NCBI GenBank assembly: GCA_035221665.1
Contig: CM069133.1
Coordinates: 53,320,001 to 53,384,000 of the forward strand
Length of the DNA stretch: 64,000 nt
Direction of reading: 5' to 3'
From: Okamejei kenojei
Lineage: Eukaryota
The translations under genes were made by a program, and so were the position numbers. The notes beneath the pieces are model-generated. The model saw nothing but the letters and a program-made list of their open reading frames with translations. It made no database searches and was not told where the DNA came from. Below are positions 51,251 to 63,700 of this stretch, one piece after another; the stretch's first letter is position 1; the number at the start of each line of letters is the position of its first letter.

Positions 51251-54028
51251 TTAACATAGAAATCCGAGAGTTACAATCACCTATTTAGCAAGCCACATTA
51301 GCTCTGATGGTTGAATCTTTTGCCAATGAAATCGCTGGAAATCACTTAAACTGTGATGAATTTCAGTTATTTCTGAACTATTTCCATGATGAGATATTTT
51401 CAACATCTTACAATGAAATGCACGTGGTCCAGGTGAGCTTTTAATGTTATTTATTTAACATTTGAACACAGCAATCAAACTGGCCGTAAATGATTAATTA
51501 AATTAGATGAACTGTAATTTCTTTACACAAATATTTAAAACAAGGAATTTTGAAATTAAAATACTTTCAAATACGGAGAATTCAGCATCTACTTTAATCA
51601 TACATGGTTCTTTTATTCCCTATTTAACACTTTAGGTGGTTAACGTAATTTAAAATCATATCCCGGTTTCCTCTCTGTTCCATTTCTTTTAAGTGATTGG
51701 TTACTCAGTTAATTTAATGACATTAGAAGCGTTGGCCATCAGGGATCCTATCGAACTGTAATCTGACAGCAGTCTGTCCCAGAGACTGAAAGGCTTTTCT
51801 TGGCAGTGTTCTTTGGGAGCTTTTGCTTTCCTTCTGCAAACAGTGGGCAAATTAAAACTACCTTAAATAGTAAAACGATTGACATGGAAAATCTGGCTGA
51901 AAGTTTAAGAACTAGCAAAAGCTAGGAAAGGAACTTGAAATTCTGGAGCTCTGGCCAGAAAGATGGATAACATATTTGGAACTGACGAAAGGAATGTGGT
52001 TAACAACTTTTACTTTGATGCCATGACAATGTTACAATCTCAGACAGGAAAATATTAAGATCAAATCATAAACAACTAAACTTTTCAGACAATGTTTTTA
52101 GTAAATGAAACATAACAGTCCACTCATGGTTTGTCAGATAACTAATACATACTTATCCATAGCAATATTTTATATTTGAGAAATATGAGGGAAGTCCAGA
52201 GCAAACCACAGCAATCAATTATTGTATTCAGCACTGAAAGGGTCAATCAACTAATAATCAATTATTAATCTTGACTAACCAATACAGTCTGGAATCACTG
52301 GCCCCTCTGTTGAATGCCAAGAACAAATACCCAGGGACTGTGAGTTGTTACATGGATTAAGTTGGGGGACTAACCAAGTCAGCACATTCCACTGAGTACC
52401 ATATCCATCATTCGGCATCATTTCCAGAGCTCCCCTTGCCATCAGCCTTTGAATAATTTGTGAGAGGTACATCAATATAGAGTCAGCCATTGGCTGCTCT
52501 TCCTCATCAGATGGGAGAATTAATTCCTGTGCTTATCCAGTGCATAGCACTGACTGACCTCAAGGTTCTGGACATCAGGATAAATAGCTAACCTCCAAAC
52601 CGTTGCTGTAAGTCATCACACCAGTCGCAGGGCAGCAATGACCAGACATCCACAGCAATTCTAATAACCCTTTCATCTCCTGACCGTTTTTAATTGCGAC
52701 AAAGAAATGGGATTAGAGAGAGGATTGGGGGGGGGGCGACAGGGTGGTGTAACCTGCTTAGATCACCATACACTTAAGGTAGATCAACCAATATTTCCTC
52801 TAATATTTAATGAAAGCAAGTCTCGCTTGTCAGCTGGAGTCTAAAGAACAATTCCCTGCTCCATATGTAACAATGCCCAAAGGAGACAGGAGTTTCAAAG
52901 GTTCAGAGTCGTTAGAACTATGTGATGCTGCATGATTTTGGGGGAGAAGAATTTCCATTAGAAATTTGGCAGACGCACCTCACAGCCAGAACTTTACTTG
53001 TAGATACCAGAGGTGATTCTACTATTATATTTGATTTTGTTTACTGCCTTCTTCAAATTCTTCCAGGAAAATGACAGAATTATTTGTGGATGATACAGCT
53101 AGTTGTCATCCCACAGGTTGTAAATCCTCCAAATGACAGCTTGGAAGCAGATATGGCAAATTACCAAATGAATTACCCCTGGCTCACTAAATCCCACCAA
53201 CTTGATTATTTGGATGTTAGTGAGGCACATATATTTAAAGACTGCTGGAATGCTTGAAGGTAGAATTTTTCATGGGGATTTACAGTTACCTGAAATTAAA
53301 ATCATAGAATTTTACAACGCCGAAGGAAGTTATTCATCCCATCTGGCTTGATCAGTTCTTTGAAGGAGTGATCCAATTAATTCCACTCTCTCCAACTCTT
53401 TCCTCACAGGCCTGCATATTTGCCCTGTTAAATACGAACGGGATTCCCTTTTGCAAAGATACTATTAAATCTACTTTCACTGACCTTTCACCCAGAGTCT
53501 TCCAGATTTTGCAATTTAATTTTAATGTTTAATTATTCATTTTGATTCAGTACAAAATGGATATTATATTTCTTTTTCATTTACACATAAGATGATCTGA
53601 GTGGGGGCTGTGGAAAATAGAGTGATTGTTACCGAGCCATTTAAAGTGGGATTCTGTGAGGGCTGTTTATTAGTGTTTCTAGTTCTGAGCCTTCAAAGTA
53701 TCTATCCACACCTAAAATGTCTAGCACTTTAAATAAAGTTTAACCTAATCACAGATTATCTTAAGAGAATTCTACCGCAGGAAAAAATATTACACTAATC
53801 TAAACCTGATGTTACTGTGCACTAAAGGGCCATTTTCAAATGAATAATTATTATGAAAAGAGCAGCAGTTTTTTTTTCAAATGCTTTCATTACAGAACTG
53901 ATTTGCATAAATGTCACATTCCCTTCAATCCACTGCATAGCACAAGATTCAAGGAATAGAGTGAAAAACAGGAGCTGAGAGAGTAAGTCACATCTGAAAT
54001 TAATAAGATACAACAAGACAATTAAATT

Positions 54029-54159
54029 NNNNNNNNNNNNNNNNNNNNNNNNNNNNNNNNNNNNNNNNNNNNNNNNNNNNNNNNNNNNNNNNNNNNNNNN
54101 NNNNNNNNNNNNNNNNNNNNNNNNNNNNNNNNNNNNNNNNNNNNNNNNNNNNNNNNNNN
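54029..54159. other. N-run (131 nt)
   Basis: Seen directly. Confidence 0.99.
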
Positions 54160-54789
54160 GTACAGTTGCAGGTATTATTTCTCAAGACAATTATTAAATA
54201 TGTATTTCTTTAAATTAGGGAAGAGCTCCTGGAGAATGCTGAAATTTGTAAGCTGTCCTTTCACCACATAATGTACGATGCATTTCATGCATTTTTAAAG
54301 AGATAGCAACCCATTCTACTGGTCAGCTTTGGCTGTAAGATTTTAAACCTGTAAAAGATTTTGTATGTTCAGGATGTCTCATCCCTGGAAATATGTTTAA
54401 AAAAAATGAAAACCCTGAAAGCCGCATAAAAGATTTCCTTCAAATGTCTCTTAACGAACTAAAATTATTGTAATACAAACTTAATTGAAGTAAGAGAATA
54501 GGAATTTATAGGAGTTCTAACTAAGTTTAAAGGGCTGAACAGGGGTCCTTGCCATTCCCCCCCCCTTCCTCCAGAAAACATTCAGAGAGCAGAGGTTCCA
54601 TGACTTCCACTGTAGGCAGAGGTGGGATTCTCAGCCGCGCATAGGAGGCTTCAGTCGAGCCATTAAAAGACTGGGTGGGGTCACAAGCAAAGCTGTGTGG
54701 TAAGGGGCGGGTGCATGTTGCCTCAATTCCCCGAAGAGGAAATGTTGCCTCAATTCCCTCAAAATTAGGATGCCAAAATTAAGAGCAAG

Positions 54790-54977
54790 CCACAAAGTAT
54801 TGGAGTAACTCAATGGGTTATGAAGCATTCGTGTTAGAAATGGCTAGGCGACAAAGGATCCTGACCTGAAACGTCACCCCGTCTATTTGCTCCCCAGATG
54901 CTACCTGACCCGCTGAGTTACTCCAGCACTTTGTGTTTCCTTCAAGATTCCAGCATCTGTGGTTTCTTGTGTTTCCA
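54790..54977. mobile_element. Older head-to-head inverted pair of the pLTR element
   Basis: cacaaagtattggagtaactca is complementary to tgagttactccagcactttgtg; gaaacgtc is retained at about 54868. Confidence 0.75.
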
Positions 54978-56829
54978 GACTTAAGAATAGTGCGCTCCCT
55001 GCAATTGTCTCATGGTCGAGCAAAGAATCCCTTTGAGACAGTGTGCCTTTGGAGTGAAACGTCCCGTCCTCCTATACACACCCGCTGCCATTGTTGGCAG
55101 AATCAAGCAGGTCCATTAACTCAGTTCTGTGTCACCCAACGGATGAGTGGGGGCCAGTACTGGGGAGGAGGGATAGGGCCAGAAGAAGGAGGGTCGGTTA
55201 ATGGAGATCTTGCTTGTTGAGCAGTTGCTTATTTGGCTGACATTTCAAATAAGTGTGCGCTTGGTAGCATCACTGATTGCAATGAAGAAAGGCAGTGCCA
55301 TAGCACGACCCAGAGCTGGTGTTGTTTATTTCATGTGCATGCAAAGGAAGTCTCACTCTTGTCTGTATCCAAGAGACCCATGACGGAGTCTCAGTCGCAC
55401 TGTCTGCATACTTCATGGTTGCACATTTTGGGATTCTCTATGACTTCATAAGCCAGCCAATTTTGGGTACCACTGGTCTTAATTTCACATCATTGATTTT
55501 TTACTTCAATCCATTTTATTCACTATCACTTTACTATATATTAAAACAATTTCTTTCAGATATGGAAAAATGTCCATGGAGATTAAACTCTTCTCGTACC
55601 GTGTAGTCTTATGTAAATGTGGATATACTGATGCCCCTGAACCATTGAATGCTGAGTAGATTTAACTCCTTCACTGCTGAATGTTCTTTTTACAAAGTGT
55701 CAATGCCTATATCCTACTATGGTAGAGCTCATATGATGTAACAGAAGACTTAGTACGAGTTCAAGGCAATGTACCTCACCTTTCCAATCACATTCTTTCC
55801 ATACTCAACAAGAGGTGCACGATTTTCCAATGCTAGCCAGGTGATGCAAGTGATTCCCTGCTCAAGGGCCAATGATGGTTCTTGCTTTGTTCCACCACAA
55901 ACCTCATTTGCTCCTCTGTTATAGAAGCTCACTTGCTCACCACCCTGTCACACGTCACCCTCTCACACATCACCGCATCATCCTCCCACTTGCCCTGATT
56001 CTGCATTTCGCTTTTTCTGGTTCCGATTACGTTTCTCCCACAGTAGATACGAGCTGAGCAATTCCAGCCTTTCCATAGTTTATTGCTGATTGATGTACTG
56101 AGGTGAGCTGCTGCCACTTGGGAACTGCTCTGCTTGCTATGAATGGGGAATGCTGCAGACAGCAGTCGGTAATGTCAGTGTTATCTCCAGTTCTTTTCAA
56201 TTGTCATCCTGTGCCACAATTTACTGCAGATTATTTATTGGAAGCACAAATTAGTTAATCATAATCCAAAACAAAGTGAACAAACACATTCTGAAAGGTG
56301 CAAACTATAACCACAATTAAATCAATTAAGGACGTGTTGAACCCAAATAGAGCAACATATAAAAAACAAAATTATTTTGTCATTATTTGCAAATGCAGAT
56401 TAAAAAAAAAATCAATTTTGCTAATATAAATCCTGAATTGCTTCACTGCAGTTACAAATACCCCAGGGTAATGTGATGTTACTGCTCAGACAATAGCTGC
56501 AAATGTAGGGGTGAGGTATAGCCTCCCACCTAGACTTGCCTCTCAAGGTTAGGTGTGGAGGTATAGTGAGCCCAAGGAAGTCCACAACTCTTGGCCCCAC
56601 CTTGGAACACTCTGACATCCCTGGACAAAAGGCAAGACTGCACCTGCAGCCAAAACTTGAAACGTTTGGAGAGATATTTTTATAAATAGTAAATTCATGC
56701 AATAATGAAAATGATCACAATTATTAATAAATAAAACAAAACACTTTAAAGCAGAAAGACATAACCAAACAAGGACAAATAAATAGAAAGAAACAACTAA
56801 ATGTAAACCAACTGCAGGAGCTGAATGTA

Positions 56830-57150
56830 GTGCAGCTTCTGTGAAGGTCTGGCTGGAGGAGACTGGAGATAAGAATGGCCCAGATGAGGTAAGGTGTGGG
56901 TTATGGGCAGATGGAGCTAAATGGGGGAGTAGAATGAAACTGGGTGGTGGCTCAGGAGAGGGAGGGGAGAAAACCAGAAGAGGACTGGAGGAGCACAGGG
57001 AGTGTGAGGTATCTGAAACTGAAATATTCAGTGGTCATACCACTGTTGCAGACTACCCTGGCAGAATATGAGGTGTTGCCCTCCCAGTTTGCATTGACTT
57101 CAATCTGGCAGTGAAGCAATCCAAAGACTGAATTGGTATGGGATTGGAAA
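56830..57150 (-). mobile_element. Old Penelope-like element 3' fragment
   Basis: Minus strand reads SVFGLLHCQ..KL..QHLIFCQGSLQ..GM..EYFSFR, with frameshifts. Confidence 0.65.
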
Positions 57151-57157
57151 AGATATG

Positions 57158-57468
57158 TCAGAAACTAGGGGGGCATAGTTTTAAGGTACGCAGAGTAAAT
57201 TTCAAAGATGATATGTAGGACAGTTTTTTTTTTTTTTTTACACAAGAGTGGTGGGTGCCAGGAATGTGCATATAGGGATAATGGTGCAGGCAGATACAAA
57301 GTGGTGCTTGAGAAGTTTTTGGATAGGTAGATGGAAATGCAGGGAATGGAGAGATATGGATCATGTGGGGACAGAAGAGATTAGTTTAACAAGGCATCAT
57401 GTTCGGCACGGACACTGTGGGCCAAAGGGCCTGTTTCTATGCTAAATTATGTTATGTTCCATGTTATA
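57158..57468 (+). mobile_element. CR1 3' fragment
   Basis: actaggggggcatagttttaagg...cacaagagtggtgggtgcc.ggaat; tail gggccaaagggcctgtttct. Confidence 0.85.
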
Positions 57469-58754
57469 TTTTTCCATGTAACCAGATATTTCCGCTTAAC
57501 TTGAAATAGACAACATCTTTGTGATATGTCGAGAATATATTATCTGAATGCTGAAAATGTTGGATGCAGACTGAAGTCTGTACTGTGCCAAGTTGGAACC
57601 TCGGTGTAAATTCAAGGAAACAGCACCTCATGGAGGTATCGTGGAGTGGAGGCTTTTAGGGTAAAATATGCTGTTTACCTTTACCTTGGAATTGTCTTTC
57701 CAGCAGATCTTTTCCTTCAATCATTTGAGGTGCAAGCACACTGGCCTTGAAAAGAGGGTCATTTCAGAGAGGAGATGAGTAAACCACTGGAAGTCTGCCA
57801 TCAGTCTGCTTTTGGAGCTCAGACCATGTAAGATTGGGTTTCTGCAATAATTCCGTCACCATCACTGGCAATTTTTATTTTTATTCAAATGTTATTAGGG
57901 TTTTATTACTTGACTTAATATTCACCGGCGGCTATGATGTGGTTTGAACACACCTCCACATCACTGGTCCAGGCTTCTGGATTACAGCAACTGCAATTCT
58001 GTCACACCCATGGTGATCACAGTGACCCGATCCCCAGTGGGATAAGATACTACTCTATGTTAGAATGTGGAAAAAAGTAGACTAAATTTGGTAAATCATG
58101 TGAGAAGAGAATTTCACAGAAAGGAATGAAGACTTATTAGCATTTAAAATCTTGGCTGTGGATACAAGGCAAGGAAGCAGGATGTGATCTTTCTGTCCAT
58201 GTCCACTAGTTATTTGATCTTTATCTCATCCTCCTTCCTCGAGCAGTCACGTGAAGCGAATATGTGTGAACAAACAATGTAATTATTTGTGGAAGGTTGC
58301 AAACTACTGACAAACCTTTGACTCAAGCAATAAATAAAAGATTTACATGGAAAATATTTTAAACCAACTTCAAACAGAATAAAGTATGGATGAAAAGCAG
58401 CTTTACTTTTGTTAGACAAGGTTTCTAACACTCAAGTCTCACAGGTTAACCCATGTAAAAGAGAAAAAAGATTTGCATTTTAATATAAATAATAATGTTC
58501 TGATGTTTCCAAGAGCCTCATAGAATATGACGTGGAGTCATTGTACAGTCAGTATTGTACATTTGTAATCCAAAGGATAGACAGGACCTTGATTTAACAT
58601 CTCACAAGAAGTATTTGGATTTGGGCTTTGTAGTAGGATCTCAGCACTGTTTCTGACAGTGTGGCACTGCCTCAGTACTCCTAACATTGAATCACATTGC
58701 TCCTACATTACACTGACCCCAAGTATTCTCTCCTGGTGATGAGATACTCTGTCA

Positions 58755-61621
58755 GTGCACGGGACTAGGATTTAAACTAATGTGGCAGGGGGATGGGAGC
58801 ATGAGCAGAGAGACAGAGGGATGTAAAATGAGGGTAGAAGCAATAGGTGGCAAGGTGAAAAGTAAAAGTGGCAGGCAGAAAAATCCAGGGCAAAAATCAA
58901 AAAGGGCCACTTTTCAACATAATTGTATAAGGGGTAAGAGTGTTGTAAAAACAAGCCTGAAGGCTTTGTCTCTCAATGCAAGAAGCATTTGTAATAAGGT
59001 GGATGAGTTGAATGTGTAGATAGCTATTAATGATTATGATATAGTTGGGATCACAGAGACATGGCTCCAGGGTGACCAAGGCTGGGAGCTGAACATCCAG
59101 GGATATTCAATATTCAGGAGGAATAGACAGAAAGGAAAAGGAGGTGGAGTAACGTTGCTGGTTAGAGAGGAGATTAACGCAATAGAAAGGAATGACATTA
59201 GCTTGGAGGATGTGGAACTGATACGAGTAGAGCTGCGAAACACTAAGGGCAGAAAACGCTAGTGGGAGTTGTGTACAGGCCACCTAACAGTAGTAGTGGA
59301 GTTGGGGATGGCATCAAACATGAAATTAGAAATGCGTGCAACAAGGTTAAAACAGTTATAATGGGTGACTTCAATCTACATATAGATTGGGTGAATCAAA
59401 TTGGCAGGGGTGCTGAGGAAGAGGATTTCTTGGAATGTGTGCGGGATAGTTTTCTAAACCAACATGTAGAGGAACCAATGAGAGAGCAGGCTATTCTAGA
59501 CTGGGTACTGAGTAATGAGGAAGGGTTAGTTAGCAGTCTTGTTGTGCGTGGCCCCTTGGGCAAGAGTGACCATAATATGGTTGAGTTCTTCATTAGGATG
59601 GAGAGTGACATTGTTAATTGACAGTACATTGATAGTATCAAAACTAAAGATGAAGCATACAAATTAGGCAGAAAAAGCAGCCTACCAGAGGACTGGGAGA
59701 AATTCAGAGTCCAGCAGAGGAGGATAAAGTGCTTAATTAGGAAAGAGAAAATAGATTATGAAAGAAAATAGACTGCAAAAGTTTTTATAGATATGTGAAG
59801 AGAAAAAGGTTAGTTAAAACAATGTAGGTCCCTTGCAGTCAGAAACTGGTGAATTTATCATGGGGAACAAGGACATGGCAGACCAATTGAATAACTACTT
59901 TGGTTCTGTCTTCACAAAGGAAGACATAAATAATCTGCCGGAAATAGCAGGGGACCGGGGGTCAAATCAGATGGAGGAACTGAGTGAAATCCAGGTTAGC
60001 CGGGAAGTGGTGTTAGGTAAATTGAATGGATTAAAGGCCGAGAAATCCCCAGGGCCAGATAGGCTGCATCCCAGGGTACTTAAGGAAGTAGCCCCAGAAA
60101 TAGTGGATGCATTAGTGATAATTTTTCAAAACTCTTTAGATTCTGGAGTAGTTCCTGAGGATTGGAGGGTAGCTAATGTAACCCCACTTTTTAAAAAGGG
60201 AGGGAGAGAGAAAACGGGGAATTACAGACCAATTAGTCTAACATCGGTAGTGGGGAAAATGCTAGAGTCAGTTATTAAAGATGGGATAGCAGCACATTTG
60301 GAAAGCAGTGAAATCATTGGACAAAGTCAGCATGGATTTATGAAAGGTAAATCATGTCTGACGAATCTTATAGAATTTTTTGAGGATGTAATTAGTAGAG
60401 TGGATAAGGGAGAACCTGTGGATGTGTTATATCTGGACTTTCAGAAGGCTTTCGACAAGGTCCCACATAAGAGATTAGCATACAAATTTAAAGCACACGG
60501 TATTGGGGGTTAAGTATTGATGTGGATAGAGAACTGGCTGGCAGACAGGAAGCAAAGAGTAGGAGTAAACGGGTCATTTTCAGAATGGCAGGCAGTGACT
60601 GGTGGGGTACCGCAAGGCTCAGTGCTGGGACCCCAGCTATTTACAATATATATTAATGATCTGGATGAGGGAATTGAATGCAACATCTCCAAGTTTGCGG
60701 ATGACAAGAAGCTGGGGGCAGTGTTAGCTGTGAGGAGGGTGCTAGGAGGCTGCAAGGTGACTTGGATAGGTTGGGTGAGTGGGCAAATGCATGGCAGATG
60801 CAGTATAATGTGGATAAATGTGAGGTTATCCACTTTGGCGGCAAAAACAGGAGGGTAGACTATTATCTGAATGGTGGCCGATTAGGAAAAGGGGAGATGC
60901 AACGAGACCTGGGTGTCATGGTACACCAGTCATTGAAAGTAGGCATGCAGGTGCAGCAGGCTGTGAAGAAAGCGAATGGTATGTTGGCATTCATAGCAAA
61001 AGGATTTGAGTACAAGAGCAGGGAGATTCTACTGCAGTTGTACAGGGTCTTGGTGAGGCCACACCTGGAGTATTGCGTACAGTTTTGGTCTCCTAATCTG
61101 AGGAAGGACATTCTTGCCATAGAGGGAGTGCAGAGAAGGTTCACCAGACTGATTCCTGGGATGGCAGGACTTCCATATGAAGAAAGACTGGATAGACTCA
61201 GCTTGTACTTGCTGGAATTTAGGAGATTGAGGGGGGATCTTATAGAGGCTTACAAAATTCTTCAGGGGTTGGACAGGCTAGATGCAGGAAGATTGTTCCC
61301 GATGTTGGGGAACTCCAGAACAAGGGGTCACAGTTTAAGGATAAGGGGGAAGTCTTTTAGGACCAAGATGAGAAGATCTTTTTTCACACAGAGAGTGGTG
61401 AGTCTGTGGAATTCTCTGCCACAGAAGGTAGTTGAGGCCAGTTCATTGGCTATATTTAAGAGGGAGTTAGATGTGGCCCTTGTGGCTAAAGGGATCAGGG
61501 GGTATGGAGAGAAGGCAGGTACAGGATACTGAGTTGGATGATCAGCCATGATCATGTTGAATGGCGGTGCAGGCTCGAAGGGCTGAATGGCCTAATCCTG
61601 TACCTATTTTCTATGTTTCTA
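58755..61621 (+). mobile_element. Large CR1 LINE: end of ORF1 and disrupted ORF2 (APE endonuclease plus RT)
   Basis: ORF1 end ..tttaaactaa. EN motifs LNARSI.NK, GITETW, YRPPN, MGDFN, SDHNMV. RT motifs [46 protein letters not shown]. Stops at 59017 and 60511, frameshifts, an internal deletion near 59618, and tail tttctatgtttcta. Confidence 0.97.
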
Positions 61622-62052
61622 GTCAGGCTCAGTCTCAAGCCCAAAAATCACATATCACAACTATCAGGTAAGAAACCATCTTTGCAGCGCCATCGATCCC
61701 TTCTGTCCGGCCAAAGTCCACGTCAGAAAGTCAGGGCTGACCTGTTTGGCGTGCAAGGCCCGTTACTGAAGCACACGGAACTCAATGCATGAGCCAAACC
61801 ATGACATCATCTCTGAAGTCCAGAATTCCATACAGGAGTGGAAGCAGAGTTGGACACTTAACCTATAATTTGTAAAGGGAGAGCCAAATTCTTGAAATAT
61901 TGTGAATTCAATCAGCTCTGTAAGTGGCTCAGACTAATGCAGGAACTTAAAAAGAGTCAAAATCTGAAAGAGATTAAAGATCTTAGTTACCTTTTCCAAT
62001 CTACTGCGCCACATTAGCAGAGTACAGTTCAGAAGCAAAGACAACAGGAAAG

Positions 62053-62238
62053 TAGACACTAAATGCTGGAGTATCTCGGCGGGACAGGCAGCATCTCTGC
62101 AGAGAAGGAATGGGTGACATTTCAACCTGAAGCCTCACCCTTTTCTTCTCTGCAGAGATGCTGCCTGTCTCGCTGAGTTACTCCAGCATTTTGTGTCTAT
62201 CTTCGGTGTAAACCAGCATCTGCAGTTACTTCCTACAT
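62053..62238. mobile_element. Head-to-head inverted pair of the pLTR element, hammerhead cores largely deleted
   Basis: Arms 62053-62117 and 62135-62199 are near-perfect reverse complements. Possible TSD ggaa(a/g)gtaga at 62047-62056 and 62243-62252. Confidence 0.88.
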
Positions 62239-62489
62239 AAATGGAAGGTAGATGTGGATGACCTGCTGAAGTTACCATTTTCCTTATTTTATCGGGGTGA
62301 AGAGGGTTGGAGGGGAGGGATCGGCATCAGTAGGTGAACAATGACGTTCCAAATGCAGCCTGCAGCTGAACCACAGAGTCAGAGGCCAGTGCAGAGCTCA
62401 GCTGGAAGCAGTAATTCACCAAAGGCTCTGTGGAAGTGTAAAGAAGTAGCGTGCACCTGTCCAGCCTACTGTTCATGGCTCCAGAATGC

Positions 62490-62720
62490 CTACAGTCAAG
62501 TAAGTATTTCTTAAAGTGAAGCCAAACTACACAGCGTCTGCCCCCGCAAACAGCAATGTGAAACTGGCCAGATGACGTGTTTCATAATACAGAACAAGAG
62601 ATAAACATCAACCCGGGACACCAGGAAAAATGTCCCTATTCTGGAAAATGGCATCATGGGATCAACTGATAGGACAGACTCTCTGACATTCGCAGCTCTC
62701 CCCCACTAATGAGTAACTGT
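62490..62720 (-). mobile_element. Degenerate DeuSINE-like element
   Basis: caaacagcaatgtga...ggacaccagga...atgggatc...ctctgacattcgcagc.ctccc matches the Deu-domain in reverse orientation. Confidence 0.55.
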
Positions 62721-62879
62721 CCTCCACTCACCGTGCATTTTTGGAAGAGTTTACATTAATGACAGAGGCTTAACATTTAAGATAGTTAGAGGAGAGCTAA
62801 CAGTATGTGGAACAGTGTTCTTTTAAGAGTTAAGAAAGGCAGTGAATTATTGGTTGTAATGACAAGGACAGTTTTAACA

Positions 62880-63700
62880 GACAGAGACTAATTTCTCATA
62901 AAAACAGAGAAAGTTGACAGGTGATCCAATACGGTCGTTAAAAACTTTGAATATGTTTTTATCCGTGGGAATGACCAAAAACATGGATCATAAATATAAG
63001 ATGTCACTGATAAATCCAGAAAGGATTCTGGAGAAACCTCTTCAGCCAGACAGTGGTGAGAATGTGCAGTGAGCATGAAATGGTTGCTGGGAATACCAGG
63101 CAGAAACACGTGAAGGGAAAGAAATGTTGGTGGGCGAGATGAAGCACGTGCGGGGATAAGGGGTTGTCGCACTGCGAGGACCTAATTGGCGAGTTTAGAA
63201 GAATTTGCCCTCGACTCATACTCGTGGCCTGGTCGACACGAGGTCCTAGGAGGTCTTTGTAACTCATCTTCATGCTCAAGAGTAGTCCCTGCATACTCGA
63301 GGCCTCAGCTAGGTCGCAGTGATTTTTCAACATGTTGAAACCCGCAAGTTAAAAAAGGTCGCCATGGAAAAAAATTGATTTTTTTTTTACTCGTAGGTAT
63401 AGTCAAAGTAGGTCGGCATGTTATTCGGAGGTAATCGAGGGTAGTCGAAGATAATCATAGATGGTCTTCAACATAGTCGAAGGGAGGTCAAAGGAGGTCG
63501 TTTTCACTCCTCACTATTTGGTGTCCAATTTTCCCGAAGCTAGTCGAACGAGGTCTTCAACATAGTCGAAGTAGGTCGTCAACATGACACTTTTTCAAAC
63601 TCTCCTAAACTCTTCTAAACTCGCCAATTAGGGCGCCACAGTGGGACAGCCCCCATAGTCATGTAGGGCAGCAGCACGGGCATGGACCAGACAGGTTTGT
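62880..63700 (+). mobile_element. Old CR1 3' fragment, host of a MITE
   Basis: gaccaaaaacatggatcataaatataagat...ggagaaacctcttc.gccagacagtggtgagaatgtg. Confidence 0.65.
63159..63654. mobile_element. Complete non-autonomous PIF/Harbinger-like MITE (about 496 bp)
   Basis: Imperfect TIRs of about 47 bp (ggggttgtcgcactgcgaggacctaattggcgagtttagaaga and tcttctaaactcgccaattagggcgccacagtgggacagcccc). ATA lies on both flanks. Confidence 0.8.

Noticed and set aside
54715-54758. 17-bp direct repeat, period 27
   Set aside because: An ordinary slippage duplication with no functional cue.
58780-61532. EN/RT ORFs as an active or domesticated gene
   Set aside because: Premature stops, frameshifts and an internal deletion make this a dead CR1 copy.
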